NCBI GenBank assembly: GCA_038087875.1
Contig: CM075997.1
Coordinates: forward strand, 4,156,001-4,220,000
DNA: 64,000 nt
DNA from: Malacoraja senta
Taxonomy: Eukaryota
Reading direction: 5' to 3'
The notes under the pieces were generated by a model that was not told the DNA's origin, ran no database searches, and was given only the letters and a program-made list of their open reading frames with translations. Made by a program: the position numbers and the translations under genes. Positions 12,816 to 25,134 of this stretch are shown in pieces (the stretch's first letter is position 1; every line of letters begins with the position of its first letter).

Positions 12816-13209
12816 GTGTTGCTCATTACAAGTTTATTTTACAAATTTGCATATCTAAAGAGAAAGTGTTTTTTAATAAAACTTAATGTTTTTTATAAAA
12901 CTTACTTCCTCTTTAGATATGCAAATTTGTTGTCAAGATCTTGCAGACATCTTCAACATCTCACTAGTTAGGTCCGATGTGCCTACCTGCTTTAAAAGGA
13001 CATCAATAGTATCAGTGCACGCAACAGCTTTTCACTGTACCCTGGTACACGTGACAATAAACTAAACTAACTAAGGTGACATGCCTCATTGATTACCACT
13101 AGTGGCACTGATGTTCCTGCTGATGAAGTGCTTGACTGGTTTATTATGATACATATCCGGTCTCATCTTAGTAAGGACCTGGACACACCATAATTCACCT
13201 ACCGCCACA

Positions 13210-13335
13210 GATTGCAACCTTCACGCGGTCTGCCCTGTTTCGATGAATGCAATCAACCTGGTGTGCACAATCAAATAAGATCAAATAGAACAAGTTGTCC
13301 TACAACTTTAAGCTGTGCACGCCATACGCAAGAAG
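13210..13335 (+). mobile_element. Second, 5'-truncated insertion of the HDV-like-ribozyme short element; duplicated at 19975-20100 and 26741-26866
   Basis: GATTGCA ACC TTCACGC GGT CTGCCCT GTTTCG ATGAA TGCAATC...GCAAGAAG; 13-bp TSD acctaccgccaca (exact match in copy 3). Confidence 0.7.
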
Positions 13336-13401
13336 ACCTAACGCCACAGTACAAGGGATATGATATTGCTGGCTCTCCATTCTGCATTGGGCAATAAAAA
13401 C

Positions 13402-14110
13402 CAAAGATCCTATAGCAAGCAAGATAGTGCACTCCTGCTAAAACCAATGGGCTGATATGTAGTACGCAACGGGGCGGAACGCCGGCCATTTCAGTAACCC
13501 GACCCGACTTTGTATATCCCTCTCGCAGTGTAATCAGTGTTGTGGGGGGACAGTTTGTGTGTGTGATTAAAGGGTTAGATTCATGATTCATAATTCTGTT
13601 CTTTTTTGTTAATGATTAATATGTAAATAAATTATAATTTTTAATGTTTTGGATTCAAAGCCCCGGGATTGGGATCGGACTGTGCAAGGGTGGAGGGGGC
13701 ACTGAGGGCAAAGAGGCTGTGCCCACTCGGCAGTGTAAAAGGGGAGACTTTTCCAATCCACGCTTCCCTCTTTCTGTCTCCGCTGTGTCTTTTCGAAATT
13801 GGTTGTTTATTTTTTCCGCAAATGAGAGAAAGGCGGAGTGAGCGAGAGTGAGGGGCTGAAGCTTGCACCAACCGAAGGCAGAGAGAAAATGAGGAGAAGA
13901 TTTTTACCAAAGATCTTTGATTTTTACGAGGATGTTTCCGTAACCAGATTCCGTCTCCGCACTAGTATCTTTGCTCAGCTATGGCGGACGAAGATGGTGG
14001 AGACGGAAGCTGGTTACGGAAATGGGGCCAAAGATTCCTCATGAATCTATCCATGACCCTACTACGTCTTTTTCGTCGAGTGGGCTATCTTGCTCGCTAT
14101 AGGATCTTTG
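13402..14110. mobile_element. Non-autonomous DNA transposon (CAAAG termini, 8-bp TSD; hAT or P superfamily); duplicated in copies 2 and 3
   Basis: TIRs of about 26 bp, CAAAGATCCTATAGCAAGCAAGATAG / CTATCTTGCTCGCTATAGGATCTTTG; TSD ataaaaac/ataagaac. Confidence 0.85.
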
Positions 14111-16297
14111 ATAAGAACATGTACGTCAGGCTGCTTATTGTTCACCAACTACAGCTAGGACTTCAACAACATCGTCCCCTCCAAACTTATCAAACTCCGG
14201 GAACGGGGTCTCTGCTCATCCCTATGCAACTGCATCTTAACTTCATCGACAGATCACAATCAGTACATATTTGTAACATTTATCCTCCTCCATAACCATC
14301 AACCCAGCAGCACCTCAAGGCTGTGTGCTGCATGCTCAGTCCCCTGCTCTACTCACTCTATACCACTGAGTGTGTAGCCAGACTCAGCTCAAATATCATC
14401 TTTAAATTTGCCGATGATACCACCATCGTTGGACAAATAATGGATGGCGATGAGACTGAATACAGGAGAAAGATTGAAAATCTGACTTGCCGCAACAACC
14501 TGGCAACATCAACAATCTTGCTCTCAACAACGGTTCAATGTGCTTTATGTGCTTAATGTTTTATTATTATTAATGTTTAGTGTTTTCTGAGACATTCGTA
14601 ACTGTCACTGTATGTCATGTTGTTACTTGTGGGCGGAGCACCAAGGCAAATTCCTTGTATGTGAATACTTGGCCAATAAACTTACTTACTTATTGTCACA
14701 TGTGCAATGCAGTGAAATTCTTTTAGATCACATGCGCAAGTCGCCATATTTTGGCAACATTTACAGAGTCCAAGTGCTTGATGTACTGGAACGGCTCCCG
14801 ATCCAGGCAAGCCCCAGGCTGCTGCAGTGCCTCCTCCGTCGCCCTCGACCGGCTCGGCCCCGCTAACCATCATCCCTCTCCTTGAGTGCCGGTGGTACCT
14901 CCTGCAGCGACCTTGAAGGCGCTGGAGGAAATACCCTGGTCCCTCTCCCAGCGTCCGTCGTCACCCTCCTCCTCAGCTCTCCGGCCTTCGGGGCCGAGAT
15001 CAAGCTATGAGTAGGTATGAAGTGTTGGTTGGGGTTGGGGTGTGGGGGATATCAGGGTTAAGTTTGTTTATCGAACCTGCAGTAGAACTCATTCAGGTCG
15101 TTGGTCAGCTGACAATTGTCCAAGGAGTGGGGGGGTTTTCCTCTTGTAGCTTGTGATTTCTTGCAAGCCCTTCCACACTGATGAAGAGTCATTTGCTGAG
15201 AACTTGCTCCTCAACTTCTCAGAGTACCTTTCCTTGGCAGATCTGATTCCTCTTCTCAGCTTACACAGCGGAACATATATCGAGCGAGTCATCATTACGG
15301 AAAAAGTATGTTGACAGAAACTTCAACATTGTTGTGCAGAAATGTAGAGACGAAGTTGCACGCAACAAAATATGGATCTCGATAGACGAGACAACCGATG
15401 CTATGGGGAGATATGTTGCCAATGTGGTCATCGGTACATTGGAGGCAGGTCAACCATCAAAGGAGTATTTGTTGACATCGGAAGTATTGGAGAAGTCAAA
15501 GAGCACAACTATTGCTCAGTTGTTTACATCTTCACTTGCTGTACTTTGTACTTAAAGTTCCTGGCGATGTAGGTAAGGACATACAAGAAAAATGTGAGTG
15601 ATTTTAGCTAACAAAGATCTTGAAGAAATACAAAACATAGCTAAATTTCTCAAAGGTAGTTGTAATGCACAAGATATCAACAAGAATGTAGAGTTTGTAG
15701 CTTGTTTCGGGTATGCACCAGTGACCTTAGCTGGGGTAAAGAAGTTTTTCACAACTGAAGCATATTCTGTCTGACAGACGGAATAGTTTAACACCAGATA
15801 ATTTGATAAAAATGCTAGTAGTTATGTGCAACCAGGCAACTTTGGTAATTTGTGCAGTATACCTTCATATTATCATTTTTAACCATATTTTGGTGGAGGA
15901 AATAATTGCCTTTTATGCCTTTTTGCCAATAAATGCCCTTTTCGTAATTTAATTATGCCTTTTTGCCTGCCTATTTCAGAGATTTTTAGCGCCTAAACAT
16001 CCTGGCTCCAGTTATGAATAAACCTATGAATCATGAAATCCTGATAGGTCAAGAGCAGGGCTGGGGAACCTTTCCATGTTGGAATGTCACATTAAGTTAG
16101 CTGTAATCTAATAAGGCCACATACAAGAAACTTCAATTAGATATACTTCAAAATGTACATTATTTTGTTAAAATAGCCCTCATGACTTACTAATGTTTTA
16201 TTTGTGGCTGTCAGTCGGGGAGGGTTATTTCGTTGAATCTTCTTTTACTCTTTGGTATTTTAAATACGTTCATTTTAAGATTAAAATTAAAATAATA

Positions 16298-18368
16298 TAT
16301 ATATATATATTTATTTTTTTATTTTTTATTTATTAGAAGTACATTACATTACAACCACATACATTAGTACTCGTCACTTATATCTTCTTACAATTAATGT
16401 ACTCCGTTTGTTTTTTTACCCTAGAAAAGGGAAAGGATGAGATTGAGAGAAAGAAGAAAGTGAAGGAAAAAGTGAAAGTGTAGAAAATGTGACAAGGAAG
16501 AACGAAGACCCTATAAGAACAAAATTAAAAACAAAAGAAAAAGAGTTAAGAAATAGACCCTAGAAAAGAAGGAGAAAGAGAAAGAGGGAAAAGAGAAAAA
16601 CAAAGTTTTTATGAGCATTACGCAAATGGGACATAACAACTCTCCAACTTTCATCCCCCCTTACCTGACCTCAGTTTTTTTTTAAGTACCTTTGCACCCT
16701 ATTTTTGTAATAATTCTATAAATACAGACCACGTCAGGTGGAAGTGATCTGGTTTACCTGCCAGGAGTCTTATCTCTTCTAGGTGTAATGTTTCGAACAT
16801 ATTTGAAATCCACATGTTTATAGTTGGTATTGGAGCCTTCTTCCAAAATTTTAGGATTACCTTTTTTCCGGTTATTAACCCGTAGTCTATTAGTTTCTTT
16901 TGAAACACATTTAGTTCTGGACCATCTTCCGTTATTCCGAAGATGATCCATTCTGCTTTGGGTATCAGTTTTATTTTAAATAATTTTGTAAAGATTTCGA
17001 AAATTTCAATCCAAAATTTTTGAATTTTTGTACAGAAAACAAATGAGTGCGCTATAGTAGCTTCTTGGGATTGACATTTATCACAAATGGATGATACATT
17101 TGGGAAAATTTTATGGATTTTAGTTTTGGAATAATATAATCTATGTAAAATTTTAAATTGTATTAAAGTGTGTCTTACATTAATCGAACATTTATGCACG
17201 TTTAATAAGTGTTCATTCCACCTTTCCTTTGAAATTTTAATAGCTAACTCTTGTTCCCAGTCTCTTCTGATACCCTCCGTAGATGGTATTTCTACATTTA
17301 AGATAATATTATACAAATATGATATTATGTTTGCTGATTCAGCTTTTATCTGCATTGCATCATCCAATACATCAGCTGGGCTATTATTATGATCTTTTGT
17401 ATATTTTTTCAAATAGTCGCATATTTGAAAATATTTAAAATATCGATTATTTCCGAGTTTATATTTTATTTGTAGTTGTTGAAATGAAAGTAATTTTCCA
17501 GTTCCATATAAGTCACCGAACGTTTTAATTCCTAGTCTATCCCAATGTGTGAAAGATTTATCAATAGTAGAGGGATTAAACGAAGGGTTATTAACTATGG
17601 GAGATAAAAGTGATAAATTTCTTAATTTTAAATTTTGTTTTATTTGTTTCCAAATTCGGATTGTACTATGTATGATTGGGTTCTTATTATAATTTATATT
17701 ATTCAGTTTCATTGGTGAGAGGAGGATCGCTCCAATGTTTCCAGAGGAGCAATCCTCTTTCTCCATTACCATCCAGTCCACTTGCTGGGCAGAATTATCC
17801 ATCAATTGAATCATACTTTTAATATTTACTGACCAATAATAATACATGAAATTAGGTAGTGCTAAACCCCCTAATACTTTAGGTTTATTCAAGTGAGTTT
17901 TTTGTATTCTATGTGATTTATAGTCCCATATAAAATTAGTGATATCTGAGTCCAGTTTAAAAAAAAACTTCTTTGGTAAGTATAGAGGAATCGATTGAAA
18001 TAGGTATAAAATTTGTGGTAGAAAGATCATTTTTATTGCATTTATTCGGCCTATTAAAGACATCGGGAGCGTTTTCCAAAATTTAATTAGTGTGTTTAAT
18101 TTATTAAGTAGGGGATCAAAATTTGCTTTAAACATACCTTGATATGTTCTAGTAATTTCGATTCCCAAGTATTTAAATTTTTCTGTAGCTATTTTAAAAG
18201 GGAATTTTAAAAGATGTGTTGAATCTTTCGGTTTTATTGACATAATTTCACTTTTATTCCAATTTATTCTATATCTAGAAAAAGATCCAAAGTCTTCAAT
18301 TAAATTTAATATATTTGGTATAGTGATTTGAGGTTTTGTAATGTACAGTAATATGTCATCCGCGTATA
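16298..18368 (-). mobile_element. L1-clade LINE, 5'-truncated, with an open ORF2 C-terminal half (RT end and CCHC)
   Basis: Frame open from LYADDILLY (about 18369) to the stop at 16699, including FKYLGI, GGLALPNF and CDKC..H....C; A-rich tail; 15-bp TSD aaaattaaaataata at 16283-16297 and 18369-18383. Confidence 0.92.
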
Positions 18369-21300
18369 AAAATTAAAATAATAAATGACTAACAAAAACA
18401 TATTAATAAAAATAAAAGGATTTGTTCTACATTTGGATTCATTCAAAAGGCCGCACTTAATGGCCTAGAAGGCCGCAGGTTCCTCACCTCTGGTCAAGAG
18501 TTTTATTGTCATGTGTTCCAGAATTTAATTGACCTATCTGGGACACATGATAATAAAACTCTCTTGACTCTTGATAGGATGCTTTCTACGTTGCATTTAT
18601 AGAAATTCCTGGGAGTCACCTACTTGACACCTTGGAACCTGCGGAGACACGCTGAATTTCTTTAGCCTTCTGAAAAAGGGTCTCGACCCGAAATGTCTCC
18701 CATTTCATCTCTCCTGAGATGCTGCTTGTCCCCGCTGAGTTACTCCAGCATTTTGTGTCTAACTTTGAGGAAATAGAAGCATTGCTGTGTTTTGGGTTTT
18801 TTTGGGGGGGGAAACAAAAGAGGGATAGCTAGCGTAGGATACTGTAACCGCGTCCTTTATGTGACGAATATTGCACACCTTGGGTATGCAAGCAATGGTC
18901 ACTGTGACATTACATGTGACAATCAATTATTCAATTCAATGTGGCTGGACCAGTTCAAATTGTTGATGGTATTTCCCGATAGGAACTTGACGCTCTTCTT
19001 CTTCTTTTGTGTGGCGTGCACAGCCTAAAGTTGTTGGACAACTTATTCTATTTGATCTTCCGTTTGTGCACGTCGAGTAGATTGCATTAGTCGAAACAGA
19101 TTGCAATCTTCCACCCCGAAGCTCTCAACATTTGCTATTACAGTAACTGACGTAGAATTGAATGCCAAGTTTTTACCTGTCATCAGAGCAGTATGATGGA
19201 TCATAAAATACTTAGCCACATAATTGGCACCTTTGAATCTGCTGAGTTGGCAGATGCATGGAAAAATAAATGCCTTGCTGAAATCAATGAAAAATGCTAT
19301 ATTTTTACGTGGACTGAAAGATGCAGAATGGAAACAAGCCCTGCAGCCCACACCAACCATCAATTCCCCATTCACAATAGTTCTACATTATCCCACTTTC
19401 CCATCCACGAGGGACAATTTACAGAGGGGCAATTAACCTACAAACCTGCACGTCTTTGGGATGTGGGAGGAAACCCAGTCACGTGGAGCACGTGCAAACT
19501 CCGCAAGCAAAGCATCCAAGGTCGGGATCAAACCCAGCTCTCTGGTGTTGCGAGGTAGTAGCTTTACCAGCTGCTCCATTGTGTTGCTCATTACAAGTTT
19601 ATTTTAAAAATTTGCATATCTAAAGAGAAAGTGTTTTTTAATAAAACTTTATGTTTTTTATAAAACTTACTTCCTCTTTAGATATGCAAATTTGTTGTCA
19701 AGATCTTGCAGACATCTTCAACATCTCACTAGTTAGGTCCGATGTGCCTACCTGCTTTAAAAGGACATCAATAGTATCAGTGCACGCAACAGCTTTTCAC
19801 TGTACCCTGGTACACGTGACAATAAACTAAACTAACTAAGGTGACATGCCTCATTGATTACCACTAGTGGCACTGATGTTCCTGCTGATGAAGTGCTTGA
19901 CTGGCTTATTATGATACATATCCGGTCTCATCTTAGTAAGGACCTGGACACACCATAATTCACCTACCGCCACAGATTGCAACCTTCACGCGGTCTGCCC
20001 TGTTTCGATGAATGCAATCAACCTGGTGTGCACAATCAAATAAGATCAAATAGAACAAGTTGTCCTACAACTTTAAGCTGTGCACGCCATACGCAAGAAG
20101 ACCTAACGCCACAGTACAAGGGATATGATATTGCTGGCTCTCCATTCTGCATTGGGCAATAAAAACCAAAGATCCTATAGCAAGCAAGATAGTGCACTCC
20201 TGCTAAAACCAATGGGCTGATATGTAGTACGCAACGGGGCGGAACGCCGGCCATTTCAGTAACCCGACCCGACTTTGTATATCCCTCTCGCAGTGTAATC
20301 AGTGTTGTGGGGGGACAGTTTGTGTGTGTGATTAAAGGGTTAGATTCATGATTCATAATTCTGTTCTTTTTTGTTAATGATTAATATGTAAATAAATTAT
20401 AATTTTTAATGTTTTGGATTCAAAGCCCCGGGATTGGGATCGGACTGTGCAAGGGTGGAGGGGGCACTGAGGGCAAAGAGGCTGTGCCCACTCGGCAGTG
20501 TAAAAGGGGAGACTTTTCCAATCCACGCTTCCCTCTTTCTGTCTCCGCTGTGTCTTTTCGAAATTGGTTGTTTATTTTTTCCGCAAATGAGAGAAAGGCG
20601 GAGTGAGCGAGAGTGAGGGGCTGAAGCTTGCACCAACCGAAGGCAGAGAGAAAATGAGGAGAAGATTTTTACCAAAGATCTTTGATTTTTACGAGGATGT
20701 TTCCGTAACCAGATTCCGTCTCCGCACTAGTATCTTTGCTCAGCTATGGCGGACGAAGATGGTGGAGACGGAAGCTGGTTACGGAAATGGGGCCAAAGAT
20801 TCCTCATGAATCTATCCATGACCCTACTACGTCTTTTTCGTCGAGTGGGCTATCTTGCTCGCTATAGGATCTTTGATAAGAACATGTACGTCAGGCTGCT
20901 TGCTGTTCACCAACTACAGCTAGGACTTCAACAACATCGTCCCCTCCAAACTTATCAAACTCCGGGAACGGGGTCTCTGCTCATCCCTATGCAACTGCAT
21001 CTTAACTTCATCGACAGATCACAATCAGTACATATTTGTAACATTTATCCTCCTCCATAACCATCAACCCAGCAGCACCTCAAGGCTGTGTGCTGCATGC
21101 TCAGTCCCCTGCTCTACTCACTCTATACCACTGAGTGTGTAGCCAGACTCAGCTCAAATATCATCTTTAAATTTGCCGATGATACCACCATCGTTGGACA
21201 AATAATGGATGGCGATGAGACTGAATACAGGAGAAAGATTGAAAATCTGACTTGCCGCAACAACCTGGCAACATCAACAATCTTGCTCTCAACAACGGTT

Positions 21301-23063
21301 CAATGTGCTTTATGTGCTTAATGTTTTATTATTATTAATGTTTAGTGTTTTCTGAGACATTCGTAACTGTCACTGTATGTCATGTTGTTACTTGTGGGCG
21401 GAGCACCAAGGCAAATTCCTTGTATGTGAATACTTGGCCAATAAACTTACTTACTTATTGTCACATGTGCAATGCAGTGAAATTCTTTTAGATCACATGC
21501 GCAAGTCGCCATATTTTGGCAACATTTACAGAGTCCAAGTGCTTGATGTACTGGAACGGCTCCCGATCCAGGCAAGCCCCAGGCTGCTGCAGTGCCTCCT
21601 CCGTCGCCCTCGACCGGCTCGGCCCCGCTAACCATCATCCCTCTCCTTGAGTGCCGGTGGTACCTCCTGCAGCCGACCTTGAAGGCGCTGGAGGAAATAC
21701 CCTGGTCCCTCTCCCAGCGTCCGTCGTCACCCTCCTCCTCAGCTCTCCGGCCTTCGGGGCCGAGATCAAGCTATGAGTAGGTATGAAGTGTTGGTTGGGG
21801 TTGGGGTGTGGGGGATATCAGGGTTAAGTTTGTTTATCGAACCTGCAGTAGAACTCATTCAGGTCGTTGGTCAGCTGACAATTGTCCAAGGAGTGGGGGG
21901 GTTTTCCTCTTGTAGCTTGTGATTTCTTGCAAGCCCTTCCACACTGATGAAGAGTCATTTGCTGAGAACTTGCTCCTCAACTTCTCAGAGTACCTTTCCT
22001 TGGCAGATCTGATTCCTCTTCTCAGCTTACACAGCGGAACATATATCGAGCGAGTCATCATTACGGAAAAAGTATGTTGACAGAAACTTCAACATTGTTG
22101 TGCAGAAATGTAGAGACGAAGTTGCACGCAACAAAATATGGATCTCGATAGACGAGACAACCGATGCTATGGGGAGATATGTTGCCAATGTGGTCATCGG
22201 TACATTGGAGGCAGGTCAACCATCAAAGGAGTATTTGTTGACATCGGAAGTATTGGAGAAGTCAAAGAGCACAACTATTGCTCAGTTGTTTACATCTTCA
22301 CTTGCTGTACTTTGTACTTAAAGTTCCTGGCGATGTAGGTAAGGACATACAAGAAAAATGTGAGTGATTTTAGCTAACAAAGATCTTGAAGAAATACAAA
22401 ACATAGCTAAATTTCTCAAAGGTAGTTGTAATGCACAAGATATCAACAAGAATGTAGAGTTTGTAGCTTGTTTCGGGTATGCACCAGTGACCTTAGCTGG
22501 GGTAAAGAAGTTTTTCACAACTGAAGCATATTCTGTCTGACAGACGGAATAGTTTAACACCAGATAATTTGATAAAAATGCTAGTAGTTATGTGCAACCA
22601 GGCAACTTTGGTAATTTGTGCAGTATACCTTCATATTATCATTTTTAACCATATTTTGGTGGAGGAAATAATTGCCTTTTATGCCTTTTTGCCAATAAAT
22701 GCCCTTTTCGTAATTTAATTATGCCTTTTTGCCTGCCTATTTCAGAGATTTTTAGCGCCTAAACATCCTGGCTCCAGTTATGAATAAACCTATGAATCAT
22801 GAAATCCTGATAGGTCAAGAGCAGGGCTGGGGAACCTTTCCATGTTGGAATGTCACATTAAGTTAGCTGTAATCTAATAAGGCCACATACAAGAAACTTC
22901 AATTAGATATACTTCAAAATGTACATTATTTTGTTAAAATAGCCCTCATGACTTACTAATGTTTTATTTGTGGCTGTCAGTCGGGGAGGGTTATTTCGTT
23001 GAATCTTCTTTTACTCTTTGGTATTTTAAATACGTTCATTTTAAGATTAAAATTAAAATAATA

Positions 23064-25134
23064 TATATATATATATTTATTTTTTTATTTTTTATTTATT
23101 AGAAGTACATTACATTACAACCACATACATTAGTACTCGTCACTTATATCTTCTTACAATTAATGTACTCCGTTTGTTTTTTTACCCTAGAAAAGGGAAA
23201 GGATGAGATTGAGAGAAAGAAGAAAGTGAAGGAAAAAGTGAAAGTGTAGAAAATGTGACAAGGAAGAACGAAGACCCTATAAGAACAAAATTAAAAACAA
23301 AAGAAAAAGAGTTAAGAAATAGACCCTAGAAAAGAAGGAGAAAGAGAAAGAGGGAAAAGAGAAAAACAAAGTTTTTATGAGCATTACGCAAATGGGACAT
23401 AACAACTCTCCAACTTTCATCCCCCCTTACCTGACCTCAGTTTTTTTTTAAGTACCTTTGCACCCTATTTTTGTAATAATTCTATAAATACAGACCACGT
23501 CAGGTGGAAGTGATCTGGTTTACCTGCCAGGAGTCTTATCTCTTCTAGGTGTAATGTTTCGAACATATTTGAAATCCACATGTTTATAGTTGGTATTGGA
23601 GCCTTCTTCCAAAATTTTAGGATTACCTTTTTTCCGGTTATTAACCCGTAGTCTATTAGTTTCTTTTGAAACACATTTAGTTCTGGACCATCTTCCGTTA
23701 TTCCAAAGATGATCCATTCTGCTTTGGGTATCAGTTTTATTTTAAATAATTTTGTAAAGATTTCGAAAATTTCAATCCAAAATTTTTGAATTTTTGTACA
23801 GAAAACAAATGAGTGCGCTATAGTAGCTTCTTGGGATTGACATTTATCACAAATGGATGATACATTTGGGAAAATTTTATGGATTTTAGTTTTGGAATAA
23901 TATAATCTATGTAAAATTTTAAATTGTATTAAAGTGTGTCTTACATTAATCGAACATTTATGCACGTTTAATAAGTGTTCATTCCACCTTTCCTTTGAAA
24001 TTTTAATAGCTAACTCTTGTTCCCAGTCTCTTCTGATACCCTCCGTAGATGGTATTTCTACATTTAAGATAATATTATACAAATATGATATTATGTTTGC
24101 TGATTCAGCTTTTATCTGCATTGCATCATCCAATACATCAGCTGGGCTATTATTATGATCTTTTGTATATTTTTTCAAATAGTCGCATATTTGAAAATAT
24201 TTAAAATATCGATTATTTCCGAGTTTATATTTTATTTGTAGTTGTTGAAATGAAAGTAATTTTCCAGTTCCATATAAGTCACCGAACGTTTTAATTCCTA
24301 GTCTATCCCAATGTGTGAAAGATTTATCAATAGTAGAGGGATTAAACGAAGGGTTATTAACTATGGGAGATAAAAGTGATAAATTTCTTAATTTTAAATT
24401 TTGTTTTATTTGTTTCCAAATTCGGATTGTACTATGTATGATTGGGTTCTTATTATAATTTATATTATTCAGTTTCATTGGTGAGAGGAGGATCGCTCCA
24501 ATGTTTCCAGAGGAGCAATCCTCTTTCTCCATTACCATCCAGTCCACTTGCTGGGCAGAATTATCCATCAGTTGAATCATACTTTTAATATTTACTGACC
24601 AATAATAATACATGAAATTAGGTAGTGCTAAACCCCCTAATACTTTAGGTTTATTCAAGTGAGTTTTTTGTATTCTATGTGATTTATAGTCCCATATAAA
24701 ATTAGTGATATCTGAGTCCAGTTTAAAAAAAAACTTCTTTGGTAAGTATAGAGGAATCGATTGAAATAGGTATAAAATTTGTGGTAGAAAGATCATTTTT
24801 ATTGCATTTATTCGGCCTATTAAAGACATCGGGAGCGTTTTCCAAAATTTAATTAGTGTGTTTAATTTATTAAGTAGGGGATCAAAATTTGCTTTAAACA
24901 TACCTTGATATGTTCTAGTAATTTCGATTCCCAAGTATTTAAATTTTTCTGTAGCTATTTTAAAAGGGAATTTTAAAAGATGTGTTGAATCTTTCGGTTT
25001 TATTGACATAATTTCACTTTTATTCCAATTTATTCTATATCTAGAAAAAGATCCAAAGTCTTCAATTAAATTTAATATATTTGGTATAGTGATTTGAGGT
25101 TTTGTAATGTACAGTAATATGTCATCCGCGTATA
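23064..25134 (-). mobile_element. Duplicate of the L1 insertion (array copy 3)
   Basis: Identical 514-aa ORF at 23465-25009. Confidence 0.92.

Larger units (their letters stand above)
13090..14540 (+). mobile_element. Degenerate Rex/Babar RT fragment interrupted by the ribozyme element and a MITE
   Basis: Peptides NMYVRLL and LSPLLYSLYT.EC...IFKFADDTTIVG.I.DGDETEYRR. Confidence 0.75.

Noticed and set aside
16699..18243. 514-aa ORF (and its twin at 23465-25009) as a host gene
   Set aside because: It is the C-terminal half of L1 ORF2 within a TSD-flanked, 5'-truncated insertion and has no promoter.
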